From: an uncultured Bacilli bacterium
GTDB lineage: Bacteria; Bacillota_I; Bacilli_A; RF39; UBA660
Length of the DNA stretch: 64,000 bases
Assembly: GCA_944363735.1 (NCBI GenBank)
Contig: CALVVB010000001.1
Coordinates: 91,605 to 155,604 of the forward strand
Direction: 5' to 3'
The notes under the pieces are model-generated. The model was not told the DNA's origin. It did not search any database and saw only the letters and a list, made by a program, of their open reading frames with translations. A program made the translations under genes and the position numbers. How positions within the stretch are numbered: position 1 is the stretch's first letter; the number at the start of each line of letters is the position of its first letter. This document shows, one piece after another, positions 11,948 through 22,070 of the stretch.

Positions 11948-12952
11948 ATGAAAAAAGTTGCAATTAATGGGTTTGGAAGAATAGGGAGATTGGCTTTTAG
12001 ATTACTAGATAATGATCCTGAAATGGAAGTAGTAGCTATTAATGATTTAACAGATGCTGAACAACTTGCTTATTTACTTAAATATGATACATCACACAGA
12101 AGATATAGAGAAAATGAAATATCCTTTGAAGGAGATAATATTATAGTAGGAGATAAAAAGATTAAAGTATATGCTGAAAAAGATCCTAGTTTACTTCCTT
12201 GGAAAGAGCTAGACATTGATATAGTATTAGAATGTACAGGTCTATTTACTAGTGAGGAGAAAGCTATGGCCCATATAAATGCTGGTGCTAAAAAAGTTAT
12301 TATATCAGCACCTGCTAAAGGAGATATTAAAACTATTGTATATAATGTTAATCATGATATATTAGATGGAAGTGAAAAAATAATATCAGCAGCTAGTTGT
12401 ACTACAAACTGTCTAGCACCTGTTTTAAAAGTATTAGATGATAATTTTGGAGTTAAACAAGGGTATATGACAACAGTACATGCTTATACAAATGACCAAG
12501 CGACTTTAGATGTTGCTCATAAAAAAGGAATAAAAGCTCGTCGTGGTAGAGCTAGTGCTGCTAACATAGTTCCAGCATCAACTGGTGCAGCCTCTGCTAT
12601 TGGCAAAGTATTACCTAATCTAGAAGGTAAAATGGAAGGAACAGCTATGAGAGTTCCTGTAACAACAGGTTCAGTTGTTGATTTAGTATTAAAATTAAAT
12701 AAAAATACTACTGTTGAAGAAATAAATGAAGCCTTAAAAAATAATGCAAATGAAACACTAGGATATACAACTGATCCAATTGTATCAAGTGATACAATCG
12801 GAATGCACTATGGAAGTCTAGTTGATAGTTTACTTACTTCAATTAGTGAAGTAGATGGTGAACAATTAGTTAAAGTAGTAGCTTGGTATGATAATGAAAT
12901 GAGTTATACAGCTCAATATGTAAGAGTTGCAAAATATATGGCTAATTTATAG
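11948..12952 (+). CDS. gap: glyceraldehyde-3-phosphate dehydrogenase
   Basis: [11 protein letters not shown]-binding motif and the catalytic SCTTNCLAP motif. 334 aa. Confidence 0.95.
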   Translation: MKKVAINGFGRIGRLAFRLLDNDPEMEVVAINDLTDAEQLAYLLKYDTSHRRYRENEISFEGDNIIVGDKKIKVYAEKDPSLLPWKELDIDIVLECTGLFTSEEKAMAHINAGAKKVIISAPAKGDIKTIVYNVNHDILDGSEKIISAASCTTNCLAPVLKVLDDNFGVKQGYMTTVHAYTNDQATLDVAHKKGIKARRGRASAANIVPASTGAASAIGKVLPNLEGKMEGTAMRVPVTTGSVVDLVLKLNKNTTVEEINEALKNNANETLGYTTDPIVSSDTIGMHYGSLVDSLLTSISEVDGEQLVKVVAWYDNEMSYTAQYVRVAKYMANL

Positions 12953-12954
12953 GA

Positions 12955-12983
12955 TTAAGAAAGTAAAAACTTTCTTTTTTTTG
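12955..12983 (+). terminator. intrinsic terminator after gap
   Basis: Stem aagaaagt / ctttctt with loop aaaaa, followed by tttttttt. Confidence 0.55.
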
Positions 12984-13027
12984 TAAAAAGTGTTATAATA
13001 TATGGAAATCAAAAGGAAGGGATTGTT

Positions 13028-13933
13028 ATGATGTCTTTATTTCAAAAACAAGAAACAACTAAAGATAAATTCTTAAATGGAAAACCAATAACAGATAATT
13101 TTGTGAAAATCGCTTTACGCCATATTGGTTATCGTTTCCTAATTAATGAAGCCAAAAAAAGAATTACTTATAAGATTGTAAGAGAAAATACGTTAAATAC
13201 TTATAAAGGACATCCTACTATATTTGTTGTAAATCACTACAGCTCACAAGATATACCCATTATTACAAACGAAATAAAAAAACATGCTTATATTTTAGTT
13301 GGAAAACAAAGTCTAGAGAATATTGATAACTTATTTTTCAATTTGTATGGTTCTATTTTTGTAGATAGAGAAGATACCAAAAATAAAAAAAATGAGCCAT
13401 CAGATACATCATTATCAAAAGTTGCTATGGAGGAATATTTAAAAAAACGACAAAATTTAATCGTTTTTCCAGAAGGAACATGGAATTTAGAAGATGCACT
13501 TTTATTATTAATGATGAAATGGGGTATTATTGACATTGCTAAAGATTGTAATGCTCAAATTGTTCCTACAATGTTATTTTACGATAGAGATAAAATGGAA
13601 TGTCATATAGAATATGCTGAACCAGTGTTAGTTACAGAAAATTGTGATAAAAAAGAAGTAATAACTTCTATTAGAGATTCTATCGCTACAATGATTTGGT
13701 ACTGTATTGAAAAAAGAGAACCATTAGTAAGAAAAGACTTAAATATAGAAAAATTAAGAGAAGAACATAGAAGAGTTTTAAAAGAATATCAAAAACTAGA
13801 TTGGGAAAAGGAAGAGAAAGTTATTTTTAAAGATGAACCAAATCCAGAAGAGGTTTTTGATAAAATTAAAAAATTAGAGTTAAGAAAAGAAACAGCATTC
13901 TTATTTAATAAAAATACAAAAGGTAGATGGTAA
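13028..13933 (+). CDS. PlsC-family (lysophospholipid / 1-acylglycerol-3-phosphate) acyltransferase-like protein
   Basis: HX4D motif (VNHYSSQD) and the FPEGT motif. 301 aa with a charged C-terminal extension. Confidence 0.5.
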   Translation: MMSLFQKQETTKDKFLNGKPITDNFVKIALRHIGYRFLINEAKKRITYKIVRENTLNTYKGHPTIFVVNHYSSQDIPIITNEIKKHAYILVGKQSLENIDNLFFNLYGSIFVDREDTKNKKNEPSDTSLSKVAMEEYLKKRQNLIVFPEGTWNLEDALLLLMMKWGIIDIAKDCNAQIVPTMLFYDRDKMECHIEYAEPVLVTENCDKKEVITSIRDSIATMIWYCIEKREPLVRKDLNIEKLREEHRRVLKEYQKLDWEKEEKVIFKDEPNPEEVFDKIKKLELRKETAFLFNKNTKGRW

Positions 13934-13984
13934 ATGCTACACTTTGTATTTTTTTGTGTTATAATGAAATTAAGGTGAGTAAAT

Positions 13985-15877
13985 ATGAATTATATGACCA
14001 ATTTATATATACCTGTATGTGGTTTTTTATGTGCAATATTATTAGTTGTTTGTTTTTTTACAAGGAAAAGAATAAATAGTATAGAAACAAAATTATATGG
14101 AGGTATGTTAATAGCAAGTCTTTTAGACAGTATTTTAATGGTAACTTTAATCTTTATTGCCTACATTTCTCCACAAAGTGAATGGTTATTAATAATATTA
14201 AACAGATTAGACTATATTCAGTTCATAATTTGGATTTGGTTATTTTTGGTATATATTTTTCACATTACTTATAGTAACAAACTAAAAAAACAATTATATC
14301 TTCAAATTTTCTTTAAAATTACAGCCTTTATTAGTGGAGTTACAGCATTTTTAATGTTAGTATTACCAGTAGATATATATAATACAAACAATATAATGTA
14401 TAGTTATGGAATTGCCTCAACCGTGTTATATATAGTTGGTGCTGTTTATATAGGAATAATTTTTATAATTTTAATATTAAATATAAAGAAGATATTAACT
14501 AAAAAGTATATTCCATTTTATATTTTTATCGTTTTAGCAACTATCGTATTGATAATGCGCTATACAAATCCTGGTTTAGTTATTATTACTGCTGCTTTAA
14601 GTTATATTAATTTAACAATGTTTTTTACTATTGAAAATCCTGATATAAAAATATTGACTCAATTAAACATTGCTAAAGAACAAGCAGAAAGAGCAAATGA
14701 AGCAAAGAGTGATTTCTTATCTAGTATGTCACATGAAATTAGAACTCCACTAAATGTTATTGTGGGGCTTTCTGAAAATGTTGCAAGTTATAAAGATAAA
14801 GTTCCAAAAGAAATTATAGAAGATATTGATGATATACAAAATGCTTCAAAAACTCTTTTAGAAATAGTAGGAAATATTCTAGATATCAATAAAATTGAAA
14901 GTTCAAAAGTGGAGATTATTAGCAAACCATATAATTTTAGAGAAGAAATATTAAAATTGGCCAGATTAACAGGAACTAGAATAGGAGAAAAGCCAATAGA
15001 TTTTAAAGTAAACTTTGCTAAAGATATTCCATATGAATTAATTGGAGATAAAACACATATTAAAGAAATAGTAAATAACTTACTAACAAATGCAATTAAA
15101 TATACAGAAAAAGGTGAAATAAATTTAACTGTAAAGTGTATAAACAAAAACGATAACTGTCTGTTGATAATCTCAGTACAAGATACAGGAAGAGGTATAA
15201 AAGCAGAAAATATAACAAAACTATTCAATAAATTTGAAAGGTTAGATGTTGAACGAAATACAACAACAGAAGGAACAGGATTAGGACTTGCAATAACTAA
15301 AGGATTAGTAGAACTGATGGGAGGTACTATAAATGTTCAAAGCATCTTTGGTAGAGGATCAATATTTGTTGTTAATATACCTCAAAAAATAAGTCAATTA
15401 ATAGAGCCGCCAGAAAAAAAAGAAAATAAAAGTGAAGATAATAGTAAAGAATATATGAAAGAAAAAAAGAAGATTCTAATAGTAGATGATAACAGGTTAA
15501 ATATTAAAGTTGCAAGAAAAGCTCTAGATAGTTTTAATTTTGAAATAGATGAATGTACTAATGGACTAGAATGTTTAGAAAAAGTGAAAAATAATAATTA
15601 TGATTTAATATTCTTAGATATTATGATGCCGGAAATGTCAGGAGAAACAGTTTTGAAAAAACTAAAAGAAGATCCTAATTTTAATACCAAAGTTATGGCA
15701 GTAACAGCAGATGCTATGGATGGATCAAGAGAAAAATATCTTAATCTTGGTTTCACAGAGTATATTGCCAAACCATTTACTAGAGATGAGTTAAAAGAAA
15801 AATTTGATTTGATTTTTTCAAACAATGAAGAAGACAAATGGAAATATGCTCCTACATATACTGTTACAAATAATTAA
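13985..15877 (+). CDS. hybrid sensor histidine kinase: multi-TM N-terminal sensor, HisKA, HATPase_c and a C-terminal receiver domain
   Basis: Six or seven hydrophobic helices at the N-terminus. H-box [10 protein letters not shown]-boxes (QDTGRGI, GTGLGL), and a receiver domain with the DDN...D motif ([10 protein letters not shown] ... LIFLDIMMP). Confidence 0.85.
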   Translation: MNYMTNLYIPVCGFLCAILLVVCFFTRKRINSIETKLYGGMLIASLLDSILMVTLIFIAYISPQSEWLLIILNRLDYIQFIIWIWLFLVYIFHITYSNKLKKQLYLQIFFKITAFISGVTAFLMLVLPVDIYNTNNIMYSYGIASTVLYIVGAVYIGIIFIILILNIKKILTKKYIPFYIFIVLATIVLIMRYTNPGLVIITAALSYINLTMFFTIENPDIKILTQLNIAKEQAERANEAKSDFLSSMSHEIRTPLNVIVGLSENVASYKDKVPKEIIEDIDDIQNASKTLLEIVGNILDINKIESSKVEIISKPYNFREEILKLARLTGTRIGEKPIDFKVNFAKDIPYELIGDKTHIKEIVNNLLTNAIKYTEKGEINLTVKCINKNDNCLLIISVQDTGRGIKAENITKLFNKFERLDVERNTTTEGTGLGLAITKGLVELMGGTINVQSIFGRGSIFVVNIPQKISQLIEPPEKKENKSEDNSKEYMKEKKKILIVDDNRLNIKVARKALDSFNFEIDECTNGLECLEKVKNNNYDLIFLDIMMPEMSGETVLKKLKEDPNFNTKVMAVTADAMDGSREKYLNLGFTEYIAKPFTRDELKEKFDLIFSNNEEDKWKYAPTYTVTNN

Positions 15878-15883
15878 TATTAT

Positions 15884-15908
15884 AGGTGTAATACTACACC
15901 TTTTTTAT
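15884..15908 (+). terminator. intrinsic terminator after the hybrid kinase
   Basis: Stem ggtgta / tacacc with loop atac, followed by ttttttatta. Confidence 0.45.
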
Positions 15909-15985
15909 TACAAAGTTGTTATAATACAATACTAATGTTGAAAAAATAAAAGAAACATACTACAATAATACTAGGAGGAAAAATA

Positions 15986-17164
15986 ATGAAAAAAACTGTT
16001 AAAGATATAAAAATAGATAGCAAAAAAGTAATAATTAGATGTGATTTTAATGTACCTATAAAAGATGGAATAATTAAAGATGATACAAGAATTATTAAAT
16101 GTTTACCTACAATAAAATATTGTTTAGAACATAATGCCAAAATAATTTTAATGTCTCACTTGGGTCGGGTTAAAACAGATGAAGATAAAACCAAGAATAA
16201 TCTTAATGTTGTAGCCACCAGACTTAGTGAACTATTAGAACAGCAAGTAACCTTTATAAATACTACAAGAGGAGAAGAGTTAGAACAAGCGATTTCTAAT
16301 ATGAAAAATAAAGATATCATCTTAATGCAAAATACTCGCTATGAAGATTTAGATGGAAAAAAAGAAAGTGGCTGTGATATGGAACTTGCTAAATACTGGT
16401 CAAGTTTAGGGGATATCTTTATTAATGATGCCTTTGGTACCCTACATCGTGCTCATGCTTCAAATGTTGGTATAAGTACATATTTACCTAGTTGTGTTGG
16501 ATTATTAGTAGAAAAAGAACTAAATGCTTTATCTTATCTTTTTGAGCCTAACAGACCATTTATGATAATATTAGGAGGCGCTAAAGTAAGTGATAAGATA
16601 GGACTTATTGAGAATTTACTTCCTAAATGTGATAAAATTCTAATAGGTGGAGGGATGGCCTTTACTTTCTTAAAAGCAGAAGGATATAATATTGGTAATT
16701 CTTTATTAGATGAAGAATCTCTTAATTTCTGTAAAAAAATATTAAAAAAAAATGAAGATAAAATAATACTACCTGTAGATGTAGTATGTAATGATAAGTA
16801 TGAAGATATTGAAGGGACTATTAAAGATATAACAGAATTAAATGATAATGATATGGGCTTAGATATTGGTCCTAATACAATTAATATCTTTAAAAACAAT
16901 TTAAGTAATGCTAAAACTATTATGTGGAATGGACCACTTGGTGTATATGAGTTTAAAAATTATGTTAAAGGAACAAATGAAGTCCTAACTTATTTAAGCG
17001 AAATTAATGCTAAAACAGTACTTGGAGGAGGAGATATAGTAGCAGCAGCAACATCATGTAATGTTACTGATAAACTATATCATATTTCTACAGGAGGAGG
17101 AGCAACATTAGAATATCTAGAAGGAAAAGAGCTACCAGGACTAAAAAATATTCCTGAAAAATAA
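15986..17164 (+). CDS. pgk: phosphoglycerate kinase
   Basis: 392 aa. N-terminal RCDFNVP and other conserved PGK blocks. A GGAGGA ribosome-binding site is present. Confidence 0.95.
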   Translation: MKKTVKDIKIDSKKVIIRCDFNVPIKDGIIKDDTRIIKCLPTIKYCLEHNAKIILMSHLGRVKTDEDKTKNNLNVVATRLSELLEQQVTFINTTRGEELEQAISNMKNKDIILMQNTRYEDLDGKKESGCDMELAKYWSSLGDIFINDAFGTLHRAHASNVGISTYLPSCVGLLVEKELNALSYLFEPNRPFMIILGGAKVSDKIGLIENLLPKCDKILIGGGMAFTFLKAEGYNIGNSLLDEESLNFCKKILKKNEDKIILPVDVVCNDKYEDIEGTIKDITELNDNDMGLDIGPNTINIFKNNLSNAKTIMWNGPLGVYEFKNYVKGTNEVLTYLSEINAKTVLGGGDIVAAATSCNVTDKLYHISTGGGATLEYLEGKELPGLKNIPEK

Positions 17165-17188
17165 ACTATTACTAAAGGAGGAATTATT

Positions 17189-18457
17189 ATGAATATAGGT
17201 CTATTTACAGATTCTTATGTACCATCTGTTAATGGAGTAATAACAAGTGTTGAAACCTTAAAAAAAGCTCTTGAACAAAAAGGTCATACTGTTTATATAG
17301 TTACAGTAGGACAAGATAGTAAGACCTATGATTATGATGAGAAAGAAAGAATACTTAGGATACCAGGTATTCCTTTAGGGATATATGATTATAGAATGTC
17401 TAGCATTTACCCTTTAAAAGTAATAAATAAAATAAAATCATGGAATTTAGACATCATTCATTCTCATACTGAACTAAGTATGGGGATATTTGCAAGACTA
17501 TTTGCAAAACAATATAATATACCATTAGTTCATACATATCATACAATGTATAAAGACTATACTTGGTATGTTTCGCGAAATATAAAATACTTTGATTTTG
17601 GATGTAAAAAAGCAGTCGAATACTTGAGTAAATTTTATTGTGATAATACAGCAGATGCCTTTATCGTACCTACTGTAAAAACCTATCATTTATTTAGAGA
17701 TGAATATCATTATGACAAAGATATTTATATCGTACCAACAGGACTTGATGCTTCGAGATTTTATAAAAAAAATAGTGATAAGTTAAAGGTTTTAAAATTA
17801 AGACATAATTTAGGTTATAAAAGAAAAGATTTTGTTATGCTTTTTGTAGGGAGACTTGCCCAGGAGAAAAATGTTCCTTTTCTTTTTGATATTATTGAAA
17901 ATGCTAAAAATAAAAACATCAAACTTCTAATTATAGGTTATGGTCCAGATGAAGATAAATATAAAAAAGAAGTTAAAGCAAGAGGTCTTGAAGATAGAAT
18001 AAAATTTACAGGTAAAGTTGCTTGGGTAGATATGGCAAATTACTATCATGTCTCTAATGCTTTTATAACAGCATCAACTACTGAGACTCAAGGATTAACT
18101 GTAATAGAAGCTTTAGCAGCCTCTCTTCCCGTAATCTGTATTGATGATGATGCCTTTAAAAGTGTAGTTGTAGATAATTTTAATGGTCGGATCTTTAAGG
18201 ATAAAAAAGAATGTTTACAGATAGTAGAAGAGTTATCTACTAATAAATTAGAATTAGATAACTTAACTGATAAAGCAGAAGTTTCTGTTAAAAAATATTC
18301 TTTATCAAGCTTTGCAGATTCAGTTTTAGAAGTTTATAAAATTGCGATTACTAAACATAATAAGAAACAAGCATTATCAACAAAACTTATGGAAAAAATA
18401 AAAAATGTTTTTAAAGGAGAGAAGAAAAATGATAGTAGCCTTAAATCACAAGAGTAA
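17189..18457 (+). CDS. GT4-family glycosyltransferase, similar to 1,2-diacylglycerol 3-glucosyltransferase (Acholeplasma MGS-like glycolipid synthase)
   Basis: N-terminus MNIGLFTDSYVPSVNGVITSV...GHTVYIVT resembles GT4 glycolipid synthases. An EX7E-like region lies near the C-terminus. Its 3' end overlaps tpiA by 29 nt. Confidence 0.6.
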   Translation: MNIGLFTDSYVPSVNGVITSVETLKKALEQKGHTVYIVTVGQDSKTYDYDEKERILRIPGIPLGIYDYRMSSIYPLKVINKIKSWNLDIIHSHTELSMGIFARLFAKQYNIPLVHTYHTMYKDYTWYVSRNIKYFDFGCKKAVEYLSKFYCDNTADAFIVPTVKTYHLFRDEYHYDKDIYIVPTGLDASRFYKKNSDKLKVLKLRHNLGYKRKDFVMLFVGRLAQEKNVPFLFDIIENAKNKNIKLLIIGYGPDEDKYKKEVKARGLEDRIKFTGKVAWVDMANYYHVSNAFITASTTETQGLTVIEALAASLPVICIDDDAFKSVVVDNFNGRIFKDKKECLQIVEELSTNKLELDNLTDKAEVSVKKYSLSSFADSVLEVYKIAITKHNKKQALSTKLMEKIKNVFKGEKKNDSSLKSQE

Positions 18458-19115
18458 TTTTACAAAAGATGAGATATTAAAGTACCTAGAAGATTATAAA
18501 AACTTAAATACCTATAATCATGAAATGATTTTAATACCTAGTGTCTGTTACTTACCATTAATTCCTGATAACATAATATATGCTTCAGAAGATGTAAGTA
18601 GTAAAACAATGGGTGCATACACAGGAGAAATAAGTGCTAAAGCGATTAAATCACTAGGTGCTACATACACTTTAATTAATCATAGTGAAAGAACTACTAA
18701 GATGAATGAAAATCTTGCTATAAGTAAACAAAAGTTAGAACAAGCTTTTTCTAATGATTTAATACCAATTATTTGTATAGGAGACACCCTAGAAGAACAT
18801 GAAAGTGGTACTTATGTCGATAAAATTAAAAAAGATATGGATTATTTATTAAGTGATATAGATAAATCTAAAGACTTTATCATTGCCTATGAACCTATTT
18901 TTGCAATAGGTACAGGTATTGTTCCCACAAATCTAGATATTGAAAAAGTAACTACTATGTTAAAAGAAACATATCATAAAAAAGTCTTATATGGTGGTAG
19001 TGCTAATGAGAATAATATTGATGAATTAAAGATGGTAAAAAATATAGATGGTTTTCTACTAGGAGGAATATCTTTAAAACTTCCTTCTTTACAAGAGTTT
19101 CTTAATAAATTGTAG
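18429..19115 (+). CDS. tpiA: triosephosphate isomerase (divergent N-terminus)
   Basis: Catalytic context conserved: K (NHK), H (NHSERT) and E (AYEPIFAIGTG). A GGAGAG ribosome-binding site lies 7 nt before ATG 18429; the ORF track starts earlier at 18405. Confidence 0.85.
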   Translation: MIVALNHKSNFTKDEILKYLEDYKNLNTYNHEMILIPSVCYLPLIPDNIIYASEDVSSKTMGAYTGEISAKAIKSLGATYTLINHSERTTKMNENLAISKQKLEQAFSNDLIPIICIGDTLEEHESGTYVDKIKKDMDYLLSDIDKSKDFIIAYEPIFAIGTGIVPTNLDIEKVTTMLKETYHKKVLYGGSANENNIDELKMVKNIDGFLLGGISLKLPSLQEFLNKL

Positions 19116-19212
19116 TAGTAATTCAATCAAATGATATAATTATAAGCATTGATGAAAAATAAATATTGAAAAGAAAAAGTTTTAACCACGAAATACTAAA
19201 GCTTTTTTCTTT

Positions 19213-19219
19213 TTCGACA
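19213..19219 (+). promoter_or_regulatory. candidate Spo0A-binding 0A box (TTCGACA, i.e. TGTCGAA on the opposite strand) upstream of spo0A
   Basis: Exact 7-mer match to the 0A-box consensus about 85 nt upstream of the spo0A start. It is a single occurrence and could be chance. Confidence 0.3.
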
Positions 19220-19301
19220 AATTCTCCTATTTTTTACTCTTTAACAATTTATCTTTATGTTATATAATTAGAATGCGTGGTAGTATATGGAAGGAGAGAA
19301 A

Positions 19302-20078
19302 ATGAAAAAGACCAACGTATTAATGATTGATGATAATATTGAATTAGTTAAAATGGTAAAGGAGTACTTTAAAGACAATAAAGAAATTGAAGTTACTTTA
19401 ACTGCCCATGATGGAGTTGAAGGCTTAAATCTAATAGAAAATGCTCAAGATAACTATGATGTAATTGTACTTGATCTTATTATGCCAAATAAGGATGGTA
19501 TTAGTGTTCTAAAAGATATGAAGAAAAAGAAACTAGATAAGAAAGTAATAGTTTTAACTTCATTTAATACTCAAGAAGTTATAAGAGAAACTAGTGAATT
19601 AGGTATTAGTTACTTTATCTTAAAACCATTTGAATTAACTGAACTAGAAAAGAGAATATTAGAGTGCAGTAGTAAGAATGATTATGATAAGAAAACTATT
19701 GATATGAAGTATAATAATTTACAAGTATCAATAACAAAGATATTACATGAGTTAGGTGTACCATCACATATTAAAGGTTATCAATATATAAGAGAAGGTA
19801 TAACAATCCTTTATGAACATCCTGAAGTAATAGGTGGAATTACTAAAGAATTATATCCAGATATAGCAGAAAAGTTTGATACAACTGTCTCTCGTGTAGA
19901 ACGTGCTATAAGACATGCTATTGAAGTTAGCTGGAATAGAGGTAATTGGCAGTTAATGGAAGAAATCTTTGGACATAGTGTTGATATTGATAAAGCTAAA
20001 CCAACTAATTCAGAATTTATTGTCACAGTCGCAGATAAACTTCGTCTTGAATTTCATCAAGATGCAATTAGACAGTAG
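19302..20078 (+). CDS. spo0A: sporulation master regulator Spo0A (receiver domain plus Spo0A_C DNA-binding domain)
   Basis: The C-terminal domain is near-identical to the Spo0A signature ([54 protein letters not shown]). A GGAAGGAGAG ribosome-binding site precedes ATG 19302; the ORF track starts at 19287. Confidence 0.92.
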   Translation: MKKTNVLMIDDNIELVKMVKEYFKDNKEIEVTLTAHDGVEGLNLIENAQDNYDVIVLDLIMPNKDGISVLKDMKKKKLDKKVIVLTSFNTQEVIRETSELGISYFILKPFELTELEKRILECSSKNDYDKKTIDMKYNNLQVSITKILHELGVPSHIKGYQYIREGITILYEHPEVIGGITKELYPDIAEKFDTTVSRVERAIRHAIEVSWNRGNWQLMEEIFGHSVDIDKAKPTNSEFIVTVADKLRLEFHQDAIRQ

Positions 20079-20207
20079 CAATACTAATAAGACGAGCAGT
20101 AATAGTCTTTTTATTTTTGCCTAATCTAATATAGTAATCCAGTTTAATTAATGATATAATTACAGTATAAAAGCAAAAAGTTATTTAAACAGAAAGGAAT
20201 AAATATA

Positions 20208-20645
20208 ATGAAGTTTTATGTTGGATCTGGAATGAAAAATGCTAAATTAGTAGAATATTATCAAGAAAAGATAAAAGAAGCTGGTTGGGAACAAACCTAC
20301 AATTGGGTAAAAAATATTAATAGTGATATTAATATAGATGAAATAAGAGAATATGCTAAATTAGAACAAGAAGGTGTAATGAATTCTGATGTTGTAGTTA
20401 TACTATTACCAGCAGGAAGAGGAGCTCATATTGAACTAGGAATGTCTATAGCTCTTAATAAAAAAACTTTTTTATGCTCTATAACAGAAGATGAATTTAG
20501 TATAGAAAATACCGTTACGTTTTATGAATTGCCTAATATCGTAAAACTTGTAGGTACTGCTGATGAAAATATAAAAGAGATATTAAAATTTAGCAGAGAA
20601 AAATTAAATAATGAAATAAAAATAACTAAAAAGTTATCATTATAA
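20208..20645 (+). CDS. nucleoside 2-deoxyribosyltransferase-like (NDT-fold) small protein
   Basis: 145 aa. Starts with the MKFYVGSG Rossmann-like pattern and has a putative catalytic Glu in HIELGMSIAL. The pattern resembles Nuc_deoxyrib_tr-like proteins. Confidence 0.35.
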   Translation: MKFYVGSGMKNAKLVEYYQEKIKEAGWEQTYNWVKNINSDINIDEIREYAKLEQEGVMNSDVVVILLPAGRGAHIELGMSIALNKKTFLCSITEDEFSIENTVTFYELPNIVKLVGTADENIKEILKFSREKLNNEIKITKKLSL

Positions 20646-20784
20646 AAAAAGAGTTAATAAATTAATAGTCTAAAAGCTGTAGAATTATAATATAATTTTA
20701 TGGCTTTTTAATTTATAAGTTATTGACTAAACAAAAGAATGAATATATACTTATATTAGAAGATATGTGAGGTGAATACACTAA

Positions 20785-22062
20785 ATGGAACGAAAAATAA
20801 ATAAATTCTTATTAAAATGGAAAACAGACTTAATAAGAAAACCATTATTAATAATTGGAACAAGACAAGTAGGTAAAACATATACAGCATTAGACTTTGG
20901 TAAACAGAACTACCAACATATCGCTTACTTTAATACTGATCATAATACTCTTTTAAGAGATTTATTAAAAAAAGAAAGATCTATTGAAAAACTAGCAGAA
21001 GCTTTAAGTATAATATCAGAAGTTCCTGTTGTTAAAAATGAAACCTTACTAATATTTGATAATGTTACAGATGAAGATATAATCAAAGGTATAAAACTAT
21101 TTGGTTATGATAAGAATGATTATCATGTTATCGCTATAACTTCAAGTAGAGATTCTTTGTTAAAATTTAGAGGAGAAGAATTCCAATATAAAATAATGAC
21201 AGAAATGGATTATGAAGAGTTCTTGTGGGCTATAGATGAAAAAGAAGTAGCAGAGAAAATAAGATATGCCTATGATAATTATCGAAGTTGTAGTGTTCAT
21301 ACTAAAGCTTTAGATTATTTTTTTGACTATTTAATAACAGGTGGTCTTCCAGAAGTAGTTAATGCCTATGCTAATAAATGCCACTATGGTTATTTAGATA
21401 GTATTAAAGAAAGAGTCTTTGATATTAATAAAAGTGAACTATTAAATAGCAAAAACTTAATAGATATAGAACGTGGTATTGAAGTAATGGAAAGTATTCC
21501 TAAACAACTAGAAAAAGATAATAAAAAATTCCAGTATGGTGTTTTAGGTTATGGTAGACGCGCTAAAGAGTTTGAAAACTCTATTAACTTTCTAGTAACT
21601 AATCAATTAGTGTATCGTTCATATAAAATAAGAGTAGCAAAGTCTCCTTTATCTAGTTGTAGAGAACTTGATAGTTTTAAACTATATCTACCAGATGATG
21701 GACTTTTAAGTATGAGATATAACTTGACTAAAGATAGACTAAAAGTAGATGAAAATATTAAACAAGCTTTATACGAAAATCATATCGCTCATACTTTAGT
21801 AGAAGCAGGTTATTCTCTATACTATTATCAGTCAGAAGGAAAAGCTGAAGTAAACTTTGTTATTCAAAATAGAATGGGTAAGATTATTCCTATAGAACTT
21901 GCTACTAAACAAGGCTCTAAAGTAAAGAGTCTATCAGTCTTTATGAAAAAATATATTGTAACAGAAGCCTATCGCATTACAGAAAGTAACTTTTCAACAA
22001 AGAAAAATGTTAGGTATTTACCAATATATGCTATATTCTGTTTAAATGAACAATTATATTAG
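20785..22062 (+). CDS. AAA-family ATPase of the AAA_14 / DUF4143 type (COG1373-like)
   Basis: Walker A LLIIGTRQVGKTY. Length is about 425 aa and the architecture is typical of this orphan ATPase family. Confidence 0.6.
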   Translation: MERKINKFLLKWKTDLIRKPLLIIGTRQVGKTYTALDFGKQNYQHIAYFNTDHNTLLRDLLKKERSIEKLAEALSIISEVPVVKNETLLIFDNVTDEDIIKGIKLFGYDKNDYHVIAITSSRDSLLKFRGEEFQYKIMTEMDYEEFLWAIDEKEVAEKIRYAYDNYRSCSVHTKALDYFFDYLITGGLPEVVNAYANKCHYGYLDSIKERVFDINKSELLNSKNLIDIERGIEVMESIPKQLEKDNKKFQYGVLGYGRRAKEFENSINFLVTNQLVYRSYKIRVAKSPLSSCRELDSFKLYLPDDGLLSMRYNLTKDRLKVDENIKQALYENHIAHTLVEAGYSLYYYQSEGKAEVNFVIQNRMGKIIPIELATKQGSKVKSLSVFMKKYIVTEAYRITESNFSTKKNVRYLPIYAIFCLNEQLY

Positions 22063-22070
22063 AGGTAATT

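Noticed and set aside
20650-20784. Long-loop inverted repeat (taaaagc ... gctttta) upstream of the AAA ATPase gene, considered as a regulatory element
   Set aside because: The stem is short and AT-rich and the loop is about 25 nt, which is not distinguishable from background in AT-rich intergenic DNA.
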